From a virus (Duplodnaviria > Caudoviricetes), in IMG/VR virus record IMGVR_UViG_3300037245_003804, positions 1 to 52,530 of that record: a stretch of 52,530 nt of DNA; one strand, 5' to 3'. The notes beneath the pieces were generated by a model. It searched no databases. It was given only the letters and a program-made list of their open reading frames with translations, and was not told the origin of the DNA. Positions 27,450 through 36,305 of this stretch are shown in pieces. A program made the position numbers and the translations under genes. Each line of letters starts with the position of its first letter. The stretch's first letter is position 1.

Positions 27450-27683
27450 TCACTTATCTGGGTTAAAGTTCCACACCACTTCTTTTAAGTGACGATATAA
27501 ATCACCTAAATATCTGAACTCGTGTATAACGTCTTTCCACGTATCAATTATCTTATAACTATTCTTATCATTCATATTTATTGATAGTTTATGTCCTTTT
27601 GTATCTGCTATTTCTTCTAATTCTTTCCACGTAAGAAGAACACTTAGTGTTGTCCATTCGCTCTCTGTTTTTTCGTCAGTCAT
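27450..27683 (-). CDS. WEECK family paralog
   Basis: TWKELEEIADTKGHKLS. Confidence 0.65.
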   Translation of the reverse strand: MTDEKTESEWTTLSVLLTWKELEEIADTKGHKLSINMNDKNSYKIIDTWKDVIHEFRYLGDLYRHLKEVVWNFNPDK

Positions 27684-27895
27684 TGTAAGACCTCCGTTGC
27701 GCTAAGTAAAAAAAGGTATATTTCCCTTAATTTCATGAATTTGTGATTAATGCCATCAATAATTACTTCATAATCATCATAACTTATTGATAGCTTATAT
27801 TTTTTTTCGAATGCTATGTTTTCGCATCTTTTCCATATAAGTACAATGTATCGCTCCATTTCTGCGCTTTCTTTTTCTTCGTTAGTCATTATCAA
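27680..27895 (-). CDS. WEECK family paralog
   Basis: IWKRCENIAFEKKYKLS. Confidence 0.65.
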   Translation of the reverse strand: MIMTNEEKESAEMERYIVLIWKRCENIAFEKKYKLSISYDDYEVIIDGINHKFMKLREIYLFLLSATEVLQ

Positions 27896-28109
27896 ACTCC
27901 TTTTGTTTGTCAGCCTCTCTTTGCATTAACAAGTAACAATGTAGTTTATTTAATTGTCTGAATTTGTATGTAACACCATCTTTAGTTAATTCATAATCCC
28001 ATATAATTGACAGTTTATATCCTTTTTCTTCCACTATTCTTTCGCATTCTTTCCATATCAATATACGGTATTGTGCATTTTCTTCGCTTTCCATTTCTTC
28101 GTTATTCAT
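27882..28109 (-). CDS. WEECK family paralog (start revised to MNNEEM)
   Basis: IWKECERIVEEKGYKLS. Confidence 0.65.
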   Translation of the reverse strand: MNNEEMESEENAQYRILIWKECERIVEEKGYKLSIIWDYELTKDGVTYKFRQLNKLHCYLLMQREADKQKEFDND

Positions 28110-28368
28110 CGTCCCACTCCCCCATTTGCAGTAAAATAAAAACATCATATACATGCTTGAACGTGTGTGTAATGCCACCATTAACAAGCTGATAGCCGTT
28201 TTCATTTATTGATATTTTTACGTTCCTTTCTTTAGATAACCTTTTACACTGCTCCCACATTATTCCACTCATCTCTAATCGCCTTCTTATTATAGTTTTT
28301 CTCTCATTCTCCATCATGAAGCATTCCTGACGAGCCATACGCGCCGTTATGCTTTCCATGTTACTCAT
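28102..28368 (-). CDS. WEECK family paralog
   Basis: MWEQCKRLSKERNVKISINEN…HTFKH. Confidence 0.65.
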   Translation of the reverse strand: MSNMESITARMARQECFMMENERKTIIRRRLEMSGIMWEQCKRLSKERNVKISINENGYQLVNGGITHTFKHVYDVFILLQMGEWDDE

Positions 28369-28600
28369 CTCCCCAATAACCTATTGTTAATAAAATATGC
28401 ACGCTCTCTGCATGTTTGAAGGTATGTTGATACCCTTCTTTACTGCTTAAAAATTGATAATCAATAACCGTGTAGATATTTTCATTTATTGATAACTCTA
28501 TATTTTTTCCTTTTGCTAATTTTAAGCATTCTTCCCATATAATTTCTTTATTATCTGTTCGTGGTCCGCTGTAACAATGCACTATGTCGCAATCACTCAT
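28361..28600 (-). CDS. WEECK family paralog (start revised to MSDCD)
   Basis: IWEECLKLAKGKNIELSINEN…HTFKH. Confidence 0.65.
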   Translation of the reverse strand: MSDCDIVHCYSGPRTDNKEIIWEECLKLAKGKNIELSINENIYTVIDYQFLSSKEGYQHTFKHAESVHILLTIGYWGDE

Positions 28601-28917
28601 TACCCAAATTCCCCCCATTTTATTTCAATCGCGTTATGTAAAGGATGATTTTCTATTTTATTCAAGTTTGGTGATTTATTGAACGTCATAGAGCTATCGG
28701 GATTCCGTTCGACAAAGGCAATCCATTCCTCGTCTTCGTGGTGGAACATTGAAAAATAGACATAATCAGTGGTCCATATTACAAAGTCACACAAATCTTC
28801 ACTTAATTGCTTTATTTCTTCCCTGCTATAATTGGAGCCAACTACATGATTTTTCCAACTTTCGTTGTTTTGTGCAAGTGATAAATCTATAGATTTTAAC
28901 CAGTCCATACCATTCAT
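28600..28917 (-). CDS. 'DWLK' family paralog
   Basis: DWLKSIDLSL..NNESW…YVYF…WIAFV. Confidence 0.65.
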   Translation of the reverse strand: MNGMDWLKSIDLSLAQNNESWKNHVVGSNYSREEIKQLSEDLCDFVIWTTDYVYFSMFHHEDEEWIAFVERNPDSSMTFNKSPNLNKIENHPLHNAIEIKWGEFG

Positions 28918-28937
28918 TTATAGATTCTCCCGTTTTA

Positions 28938-29165
28938 TCAAAGATTTCGAGGTAAAAAAGAAATCCATTGTTTTCCTTTTTCACAAGATGAAAAATAAAT
29001 ATAATTATAAGTTATTAGTAAAATTTCCCTACTAACTCCTTTTCCCATACAATATTCTTTCATTGCTTCCCTATCATACATATAGCCCACAACATAATTA
29101 TCCCAACTCTCACCATTAACCCAAAGTGCTAAATCCAATTCTTTCAACCAGTCCATTTTTTTCAT
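28938..29165 (-). CDS. 'DWLK' family paralog
   Basis: DWLKELDLAL..NGESW…YIYF…WISFL. Confidence 0.65.
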   Translation of the reverse strand: MKKMDWLKELDLALWVNGESWDNYVVGYMYDREAMKEYCMGKGVSREILLITYNYIYFSSCEKGKQWISFLPRNL

Positions 29166-29181
29166 TCATAGATACTCATGT

Positions 29182-29502
29182 TTAATAGGGATAAGAAGAA
29201 ACCCATTCATATCCTTTCAAGCAATTTGCAAAATAGCCATACTTACGGGTTATTAGTAAAACGCTACTTTTCCTTTGCATGCGATATTTTTTCATTTCTT
29301 CCCTGGAATGCCACGTTACCAATACATCATCTTCCCAGTTTTCATTATTTTTACTAAGCTCTAAATCCAATGCTTTTAGCCAGTTTATTTCAACAGTACT
29401 ATCGCTTACTTGATTTTTGTTAGGGATAGGTTTTTCTTCAATCAATCTTGAATGTTTCTTTTTTGAATTATTTAAGAAATGCTTACTATTATCCATTTTC
29501 AA
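29182..29502 (-). CDS. 'DWLK' family paralog
   Basis: NWLKALDLEL..NNENW…YGYF…WVSSY. Confidence 0.62.
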   Translation of the reverse strand: MKMDNSKHFLNNSKKKHSRLIEEKPIPNKNQVSDSTVEINWLKALDLELSKNNENWEDDVLVTWHSREEMKKYRMQRKSSVLLITRKYGYFANCLKGYEWVSSYPY

Positions 29503-29517
29503 ATCTCCAAAGAATGA

Positions 29518-29736
29518 TCATGCCATAACTCTAAATACAAAATAAGGTCCGAACGCAATTATTGAAAGTGCCATCCCTAGCAAAAATACACATATTGCAG
29601 GCCATAAGTTAGGATGATGGTAAAGTGTCGAAATAGCAGACCCACACCAACGTAACAACTTATACCAATGACGACGGCTAGATATAAGTAAAAACAAACC
29701 AATTATACCGTATAATAAAGAAGTAAAAGTAATCAT
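29518..29736 (-). CDS. Small membrane protein
   Basis: Two hydrophobic segments. Confidence 0.55.
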   Translation of the reverse strand: MITFTSLLYGIIGLFLLISSRRHWYKLLRWCGSAISTLYHHPNLWPAICVFLLGMALSIIAFGPYFVFRVMA

Positions 29737-29737
29737 T

Positions 29738-30130
29738 TTATAAATACCCCATCGCCACGTATGAAACCCATAATCCTGATAACACTAGCACTATTGAATA
29801 TAGGCTGTAACATAAATATTCATTATTAAAATCATGTTTCCTCTTCATGCAATCAACCCACTCACAAATATAAGCTACAGTAAATATTAAAAAATATGCC
29901 GAAAATAGTAGAGTCACTGCGATTAACGTGTATAGGAACCATTTAGGGTTGGTTAAATAGGTTGTTGTCATTAATGCTAGGCTTATTAATAATGTGATTA
30001 ACGTCCCTATTAAAGGAGAATCACCCATACCGTGCCACTTTAGCCAATCCATGAAAAAACTAATACTGGTTAGTAGGATAATAATCGATGTTGCGTGGAC
30101 TATAAGGTAAATAAAAACAAGTATTGTCAT
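29738..30130 (-). CDS. Membrane protein (about 4 TM)
   Basis: Four hydrophobic stretches; AGGAGG RBS. Confidence 0.65.
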   Translation of the reverse strand: MTILVFIYLIVHATSIIILLTSISFFMDWLKWHGMGDSPLIGTLITLLISLALMTTTYLTNPKWFLYTLIAVTLLFSAYFLIFTVAYICEWVDCMKRKHDFNNEYLCYSLYSIVLVLSGLWVSYVAMGYL

Positions 30131-30443
30131 TCTATTGCCTCCTTTATAAATTCAATTACCCATGTAATTAACCCTATAATAGCACAATGAAATCATCAAA
30201 TCAACTCTTTTTGCATTTAAATATGGTAAATCTATTATTGCTTAAATATTGACCAAACTGGGAAAATATCCCGTTTCTATTTAACAAATAATAATCCCCC
30301 AAAGGTTGTATAAAACAGCCTCTACTGTATAAACATACATAAGCCGCAAAAAAAAGCGGATAGGTCAATATGGAATAAATGCATGCCAACTCAGGATAAA
30401 AATAGACCGATTTAGACTAAAATAGGCCGAAATTGTCCCGTTT

Positions 30444-30743
30444 TGCGGCACACTGCGGCATTGTGCGGCATCATTTGCGGCACACCTTTTTCCGTTATAG
30501 ATCAATGAGTTAAGGTGCTTTTAGGGGGGGTAGTGCCGCAAATGCCGCAGGGGGGGCACACACACCCTCCCCCACACCTCCCCAGAAGGGGGTATTCTCA
30601 AAAGTGCTATTTTTCGCTGCGGCATTCTCTCTAAATATAAATAAATATATATATATATATGTGTATATACTTGTAATACAATGATTTTTTCAGGTGCCCA
30701 AGGAGTGCCGCAAATAGGGCCGCACGGGTGCCGCAATGCGGCA
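30444..30743. repeat. TGCGGCA iteron-like cluster around an AT-rich core (candidate replication origin or packaging site)
   Basis: Six direct and four inverted exact TGCGGCA copies, (TA)n tract at about 30633-30670, G/C homopolymer runs, at a divergent intergenic position. Confidence 0.65.
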
Positions 30744-30805
30744 TTATGATTTTTGTGCTAATAATAAGCGTTATAAGGATTAAATTAAACTGTTAGAGGT
30801 TATTT

Positions 30806-31234
30806 ATGAAGATTTCTATGTCTCTCCCCACTGCGTTCGCCCAACGGGTCATGGCAACGGTTGATTTGTACATTACTGACTTTACATATGACAGTACTCA
30901 AGCACGGGAAAATGCAGATATTTTAAAAAAGTACCTTTGTGAATTTCAACAAATGATTTCCGGCGGGTGCTCTTTTGAAGATGCCATTATTGCCTACCAC
31001 GGAATTGATTTAAGTGATGAGCAAAAAGAAGCGTTACGTGTTGTTGAGAAATCGACTTACCCGTGGTTGAAGGGTCACGTGGTAGGTGTGTTAGCTGATA
31101 AATTAGAGGAAGAGCAGGGAAAAAGCTTTTTAGAGGCTGCAAATTTACTGTTGCATGAGATAGGCGGCACGGAAAAGACCAGTAAATCTTCGGGAATCCA
31201 TGTTCACCTTGATTATGAGGATAGGAACGCTTAG
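30806..31234 (+). CDS. Hypothetical protein, possibly terminase small subunit
   Basis: 142-aa helical protein, GAGG RBS, first + strand gene ahead of the late module; short beta-like C-terminus IHVHLDYED. Confidence 0.4.
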   Translation: MKISMSLPTAFAQRVMATVDLYITDFTYDSTQARENADILKKYLCEFQQMISGGCSFEDAIIAYHGIDLSDEQKEALRVVEKSTYPWLKGHVVGVLADKLEEEQGKSFLEAANLLLHEIGGTEKTSKSSGIHVHLDYEDRNA

Positions 31235-31325
31235 GAGCTAATGTGGGGCTGCTAGGGAGATTTGAATCAATAACCTATATGATTGGGTTAAGATGATAAT
31301 TAAATTGCTTAGGCGCCCATTGAGA

Positions 31326-31431
31326 GGGGTGCGCGCGTAAAGAGGCATCTCAATACAGGCGCGCGTTAAAAATGGCATTTTGATGGGGGTACGTGCTTAG
31401 AATGGCATTAATAGGGTGCGCGCTAACGCAT
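31326..31431. repeat. Four degenerate repeats (GG(G)Y-GCGCG…GGCATT-like)
   Basis: gggtgcgcgcgtaaagaggcat / aggcgcgcgttaaaaatggcatt / gggtacgtgcttagaatggcatt / gggtgcgcgctaacgcatt. Confidence 0.5.
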
Positions 31432-31448
31432 TAAGATGGGTTGTTTTG

Positions 31449-31631
31449 TTATTTTCCACTGAAAGTCAACTCCATTGTGAATTTTCTCGGCTCATCCTCT
31501 GGGTTTAATCTTAACAAATATCTGATTGTATCAATATTATTACTATCAACAACAACATTATCAATCATAATAGACTCTATTTTACAATCATAAAGTTTGC
31601 AGAAGTCATCCAGTAAATGTTTCATACGCAT
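31449..31631 (-). CDS. Hypothetical protein
   Basis: Short ORF coupled to the upstream gene. Confidence 0.5.
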   Translation of the reverse strand: MRMKHLLDDFCKLYDCKIESIMIDNVVVDSNNIDTIRYLLRLNPEDEPRKFTMELTFSGK

Positions 31632-32017
31632 TTTACCATCGGCATTTTATAATTTTTTACATAGTCATTGAATTCATCATTCTGACATACCATTGTTATT
31701 AGAGAATCAACGGTTTTATTGAACTCCTTTAAAATATCAGCATTTCCTTCTATAAATCTTATTACTTGATTTTTTCCATCTTTCGTCTCATGAGATGTCA
31801 TCTCAAACATAAAATCTTTTACATGATCCTTTATTTCAAAAGGGCATAAATTTTGACTTATAATATTTCTGACTATCCATTGTATAAGTGTATATCCGGC
31901 TATTTCCCCTTCGATTGTATATTCATTAGGTCTGGTATTATTTTCTTTGATATTTCTCAATGCATTGTCTATATCTTCGTTTGTTTTTAGTACTATCATT
32001 CTATACATCCCCCCCAT
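31622..32017 (-). CDS. Hypothetical protein
   Basis: 131-aa ORF in the - strand cassette. Confidence 0.55.
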   Translation of the reverse strand: MGGMYRMIVLKTNEDIDNALRNIKENNTRPNEYTIEGEIAGYTLIQWIVRNIISQNLCPFEIKDHVKDFMFEMTSHETKDGKNQVIRFIEGNADILKEFNKTVDSLITMVCQNDEFNDYVKNYKMPMVKCV

Positions 32018-32153
32018 TAAGGACGAATTTTAATCTTTTAAGATATAAATCTTTAATATCTTGCATGGTAGGCTCTCTATTAGTTGGTATTAAGTTTTCT
32101 TCATCGTTATATTTTATAGCTTCTAATGTTCTTAATATCTGTTTCTTATTCAT
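32001..32153 (-). CDS. Small hypothetical protein (50 aa, not in the ORF track)
   Basis: MNKKQILRTLEAIKYNDEENL…GGDV*; AAGGA RBS; first ORF after the promoter at 32225-32252. Confidence 0.5.
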   Translation of the reverse strand: MNKKQILRTLEAIKYNDEENLIPTNREPTMQDIKDLYLKRLKFVLNGGDV

Positions 32154-32224
32154 TTTATATTCCTTTTTATATTATTTGGTTGATTGTGATCTATAATCAA
32201 CAATATGCTGATTAACTAGTAGTA

Positions 32225-32252
32225 ATTATAGCATATATTTATTTAATGTCAA
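32225..32252 (-). promoter_or_regulatory. Sigma70-type promoter TTGACA-N16-TATAAT
   Basis: Perfect hexamers. Confidence 0.75.
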
Positions 32253-32289
32253 CCTTTATTTTGAATAAAAGTGGTTTTATTGTCATTTA

Positions 32290-32778
32290 TTAGATATCCA
32301 GCCTCCACAATATATGGGCTTTATAATGTTTTGTGGGCCTATTTATTTTTTCTATGAATTTGCTATCAGTGGAACCACAATTGATTAATCTGGTGATTGT
32401 ATTGAACTGACTTTCTGGCCGAATTGTTATTGTGTGAGTCAAATAAATACACTCGTTATCTTCTTTAATGACTGTGCCTTTTATTACCCATCCTGCGACA
32501 ACGATTACAATTTCATTGATTTTGCCATTGTCAAGCTTGGGGTACATTTCATTGAAAATCTCATCTTGTTGTGTTTTTTGACGGTCAATAAGTTCCTTTT
32601 CATCATTACCGCCAACCTTTACCCATACTCCATTATCATGATCCCATTTATGTTTTTTTTCTTGTTTATGTTTTTTGACGGTCAATTTCCTTATTGTTTC
32701 TCTTATCTCTCTGGTCATATTGTCCATTATTGCTTGAAACTGGTCAATTTCATCTTGTATGCTCATAAAATTCTCCAA
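32290..32778 (-). CDS. Hypothetical protein (tandem paralog of 32787-33281)
   Basis: MSIQDEIDQFQ…YPKLDN…GWVIKG.VIKED..CIYL. Confidence 0.65.
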   Translation of the reverse strand: MENFMSIQDEIDQFQAIMDNMTREIRETIRKLTVKKHKQEKKHKWDHDNGVWVKVGGNDEKELIDRQKTQQDEIFNEMYPKLDNGKINEIVIVVAGWVIKGTVIKEDNECIYLTHTITIRPESQFNTITRLINCGSTDSKFIEKINRPTKHYKAHILWRLDI

Positions 32779-32786
32779 TAGTGGTT

Positions 32787-33281
32787 CTAGGTATTAAATC
32801 TAAACACTATGTGCGCTACATAATGAACGGTGGCGTTTTTTATTCTTCCTATACTATAACTACACTTCTCGTCTAATGTTAATTGGTGTATTACATTTGT
32901 GTCACTATCTATTTGCATAGACGTTGTATTGTTTAAATAAATGCATTTCTCGTCCTCTTTAATAACTATACCTTTGAATACCCATCCAGGCGTACCAATT
33001 ATAATTTGATTATTGTCGAGTTTAGGATATAATTTGTTGAAAAGTTCATCTTGTGTTATTTGATCGTCAATGAGGTCACTTTCACGTTTATTTTTTTCTT
33101 CTTGTTCCTTTTCTATTCTTTCTCTTAGATCTTTTGATTCTTTAGAGATGGAGGCATTATAAATGGCGCGCTCTTCATCGCTCATATGGTCAATATAAAT
33201 ATCAAACTCTTTCTGTGTCATAATGCTGATCATTTCTTGAAAACGGTCAATATCATCTTCCATGCTCATAAACTGCTCCAA
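32787..33281 (-). CDS. Hypothetical protein (tandem paralog of 32290-32778)
   Basis: MSMEDDIDRFQ…YPKLDN…GWVFKG.VIKED..CIYL. Confidence 0.65.
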   Translation of the reverse strand: MEQFMSMEDDIDRFQEMISIMTQKEFDIYIDHMSDEERAIYNASISKESKDLRERIEKEQEEKNKRESDLIDDQITQDELFNKLYPKLDNNQIIIGTPGWVFKGIVIKEDEKCIYLNNTTSMQIDSDTNVIHQLTLDEKCSYSIGRIKNATVHYVAHIVFRFNT

Positions 33282-33369
33282 TATTAGTTAAAATTAATAA
33301 ACAACACTACATCGAATATTATCATGCAGTTTTTTAATTGTCAACATTTATTTTAAATAAGAGTGGTTT

Positions 33370-33744
33370 ATGCCTAATAAGATTAACTCTATGAGAAAAG
33401 GTAAGGCAGGAGAAGTGGAGTTTTGCAAGTGGTTGGATAAATATTTGCCAGACTTGTCATATGACAAGAAAACAGAGCGTAATTATAACCAATCAGATGG
33501 CCACAGCGCTGATGTCATTACTAGCGTCTTTATATTTGAAGTGAAAAGATGTCAAAAGCTATTATTAAGTCAATGGTGGGATCAAGTATCAAAAGCACAA
33601 GCCCACAATCCCTCATTAATTCCAATAGTTGCTTTTAGACAAAATAGAATGGACTGGAAATTCATGGTGCCATTTTTAGAAGACTATTATTGTATAATAG
33701 AATATGATGCATTCTTAGAATATGCGAAGAATATCATCAACTAA
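33370..33744 (+). CDS. PD-(D/E)XK endonuclease (Holliday-junction-resolvase-like)
   Basis: KGKAGE.E, ADV, FEVKR, WWDQ, PIVAFRQNR. Confidence 0.75.
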   Translation: MPNKINSMRKGKAGEVEFCKWLDKYLPDLSYDKKTERNYNQSDGHSADVITSVFIFEVKRCQKLLLSQWWDQVSKAQAHNPSLIPIVAFRQNRMDWKFMVPFLEDYYCIIEYDAFLEYAKNIIN

Positions 33745-33746
33745 TT

Positions 33747-34997
33747 ATGTTTATAAAAACAAAAGATCAGATAAATGCTTGTAAAATTCTCAACCAATAC
33801 AAACATGTTTTTTTATATGGAGGAGCAAGATCAGGAAAGACTTTTTTAATAATCAGAAATATCATTTTACGTGCGCTTAAAACACCTAGCAATCATTTAA
33901 TATGTAGATACAGGTTTAACCATGCTAAAAATTCATTATGGTATGGAACTATTCCACAAGTTTTAAAAATATGCTTCCCCGGATTGAAAGTAAAATTTGA
34001 TAAAGTCGATTGGTATATGCAAATTGACTTAGGAAATAATAATTTTAGTAGAATTTGGTTAGGTGGTATTGATGATAAAGACAGAGTAGAAAAAATACTA
34101 GGAAATGAATATTCAACTATTTACGCCAATGAATGCTCTCAAATAAATTATGGAGGTATTACCACATTAAGGACGAGATTAGCAGAGAAGACTATTTTAC
34201 AAAATAAGTTTTTTTATGATTGCAATCCTCCCTCACAAAAGCATTGGTGCTATCAAGAATTAATACTAAAGATTATTCCTTTCACGCATGATAAATCAAT
34301 CCTTAACATTGGCAGCATGCTAATGAACCCCACGGGTAATCTTGATAATTTACCCAGTGATTACATAGAAGAACTACAATCATTACCTGAAAGAGAAAAG
34401 CAACGTTTCTTATATGGTAAATTTTTGCTTGATATTGCAGGTGCACTATGGACATATGAAATGATATCATGGGCGAATGCCAAAGAAAAAACAGAAGCTA
34501 TAAAAACGATAGTTGCGGTTGACCCATCAACAACAAGCAACCCTGGCAACGATGAATGCGGCATAGTGGTCTGTTCTATTGATGATAATGGTAATGGTAT
34601 CGTTGAGGCCGATCGTACGCCTACGGGCTCTGTGAGGCCAAAAGAATGGGCAAAGGCAGTCATTAAGGCTTATCATGACTATGATGCAAACTATATAGTA
34701 GCTGAGTCTAATCAAGGCGGGGAGATGGTTAGGGAAGTTATAGAGAAATATCAAGGCAATAGTCATATGAAAATAAAATTAGTTCATGCATCCAAAGGAA
34801 AATTTGCACGTGCTGAGCCTATAAGCGTTTTATATGAAAAAGGAATGGTAGCGCATAGAAAACCATTACTTGATTTAGAGCAAGAGTTGACAGAAACTAT
34901 ATTTCATAAAGAAAAATCATCCCCTAATAGGATGGACGCTTTAGTGTGGGGATTTACAGAATTATTTAAAATTGGTCACAAAATTCATTTGGGATGA
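33747..34997 (+). CDS. terL: Terminase large subunit
   Basis: GGARSGKT Walker A, IYANEC Walker B variant, DCNPP coupling motif, VAVDP…PNRMDALVW nuclease domain. Confidence 0.93.
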   Translation: MFIKTKDQINACKILNQYKHVFLYGGARSGKTFLIIRNIILRALKTPSNHLICRYRFNHAKNSLWYGTIPQVLKICFPGLKVKFDKVDWYMQIDLGNNNFSRIWLGGIDDKDRVEKILGNEYSTIYANECSQINYGGITTLRTRLAEKTILQNKFFYDCNPPSQKHWCYQELILKIIPFTHDKSILNIGSMLMNPTGNLDNLPSDYIEELQSLPEREKQRFLYGKFLLDIAGALWTYEMISWANAKEKTEAIKTIVAVDPSTTSNPGNDECGIVVCSIDDNGNGIVEADRTPTGSVRPKEWAKAVIKAYHDYDANYIVAESNQGGEMVREVIEKYQGNSHMKIKLVHASKGKFARAEPISVLYEKGMVAHRKPLLDLEQELTETIFHKEKSSPNRMDALVWGFTELFKIGHKIHLG

Positions 34998-35000
34998 AAT

Positions 35001-36302
35001 ATGGGTATCTTTAATAAAATTTTTCATGTTTTTGGTCCTTCCAAAAAAGACACAAAATCAATAGTATTAGGCACGTCGCCAGCGCTTGGTTCATTCTTAC
35101 TTTTAGGTAATCAAGGTAGCGCGGTTACTGCCTCTTCTGCATTATCTCTATATGATATGTCCTCTGCTGTTTCTATTCCAGTTAATCGGATTGCTACGGC
35201 TATTGCTGATATGAAAATGGTATTGGAAACTGAAAAAGGCACCGTTGAGTCTAAAAGTCCAGTATTAGAATTTCTTAGGAAACCATCACCCTATTTAACA
35301 AAAAATCTTCTAATGGAAACAATTTCAAAAAATTATTTGATTACTGGTGAATTTCAAATTGTAGCGATTGGTTCCTTAAATTCCCCACCAATAGAATTGC
35401 AACCCATAAGCCCTTCTCAAATAACAGTACCACAAGCTAGTAATGGATTGCCATCTAGCATAGAAGTTACAGGGATTACAATGAATGGGCCATATATACC
35501 TAGGGTTAAGAACAATACTGTCCGATATATACGAGATTCATTGACTGAAGTCCACATGACACGGAATTTCTCAACAAGGCTTAATTCTTTGTTAAGAGGT
35601 CAATCGTTATTGGTTTCAGCTAGTAAGGAAGTAAGACAAAATATTTTAGGTGCCCAGCATAATGTTAGTTTATTAGAAAAAGGTGGAAATGTTAGCGTAG
35701 TATTTAATTTCAAACAGGGCATGAGTGATGATGAATTTGAAACAGTTAAGCAACAAGTTAATATGCAATATGGAGGCGCTGACAACGCAGGAAAGATAGG
35801 TGTTACTAGTGGAGGTGGTGATTTAGAAATAAAAAACATTGGATCAGCCAATAAAGATATGGACTTTTTCAATCTTCAGCAAATGGCAAAAGTAGCCATT
35901 GCCAACCAATACGGATTTCCTCTTATATTTTTAGATAATTCAGCTGCCACTTTCAATAATTATGAGAAGGCAAAAGAGGCTCTATATGACGATGCTGCGT
36001 TACCTTTTGCAAAAGTAATAATGAAAGGATTAAGTAACTTTTTACTACCAAGGTTTGGCATTGATCCAGCCAACAACACTATCATTCCTGATTTGGATTC
36101 TATACCAGCATTGGCCACGAGAAGAAATAATGAGCTGAAAGTGAGAAAAGAGATAGGAATTGAGAGCATTAATGAATTAAGAGAGTTTTTGCCCAATAGA
36201 GATGATGTGACGGATGGTGACGAAATTTATATACCTGCTAATTTAATACCTATCGGAACTAACCCACAAGACATGTTTCGCAATCGATCATTTATAGATT
36301 AG
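35001..36302 (+). CDS. Portal protein (HK97-type)
   Basis: Follows terL; LRGQS, GADNAGK, KDMDF, TFNNY, INELRE motifs. Confidence 0.9.
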   Translation: MGIFNKIFHVFGPSKKDTKSIVLGTSPALGSFLLLGNQGSAVTASSALSLYDMSSAVSIPVNRIATAIADMKMVLETEKGTVESKSPVLEFLRKPSPYLTKNLLMETISKNYLITGEFQIVAIGSLNSPPIELQPISPSQITVPQASNGLPSSIEVTGITMNGPYIPRVKNNTVRYIRDSLTEVHMTRNFSTRLNSLLRGQSLLVSASKEVRQNILGAQHNVSLLEKGGNVSVVFNFKQGMSDDEFETVKQQVNMQYGGADNAGKIGVTSGGGDLEIKNIGSANKDMDFFNLQQMAKVAIANQYGFPLIFLDNSAATFNNYEKAKEALYDDAALPFAKVIMKGLSNFLLPRFGIDPANNTIIPDLDSIPALATRRNNELKVRKEIGIESINELREFLPNRDDVTDGDEIYIPANLIPIGTNPQDMFRNRSFID

Positions 36303-36305
36303 ATT

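Noticed and set aside
16861-28600. Diversity-generating retroelement or integron cassette array explaining the paralogs
   Set aside because: No reverse transcriptase or integron integrase, no adenine-specific TR/VR pair and no attC-like sites. The genes abut or overlap directly.
30521-30736. 71-aa ORF in the iteron region
   Set aside because: It is a translation of low-complexity repeats (YIYIYIY) and likely spurious. The ORF at 30201-30389 is also unsupported.
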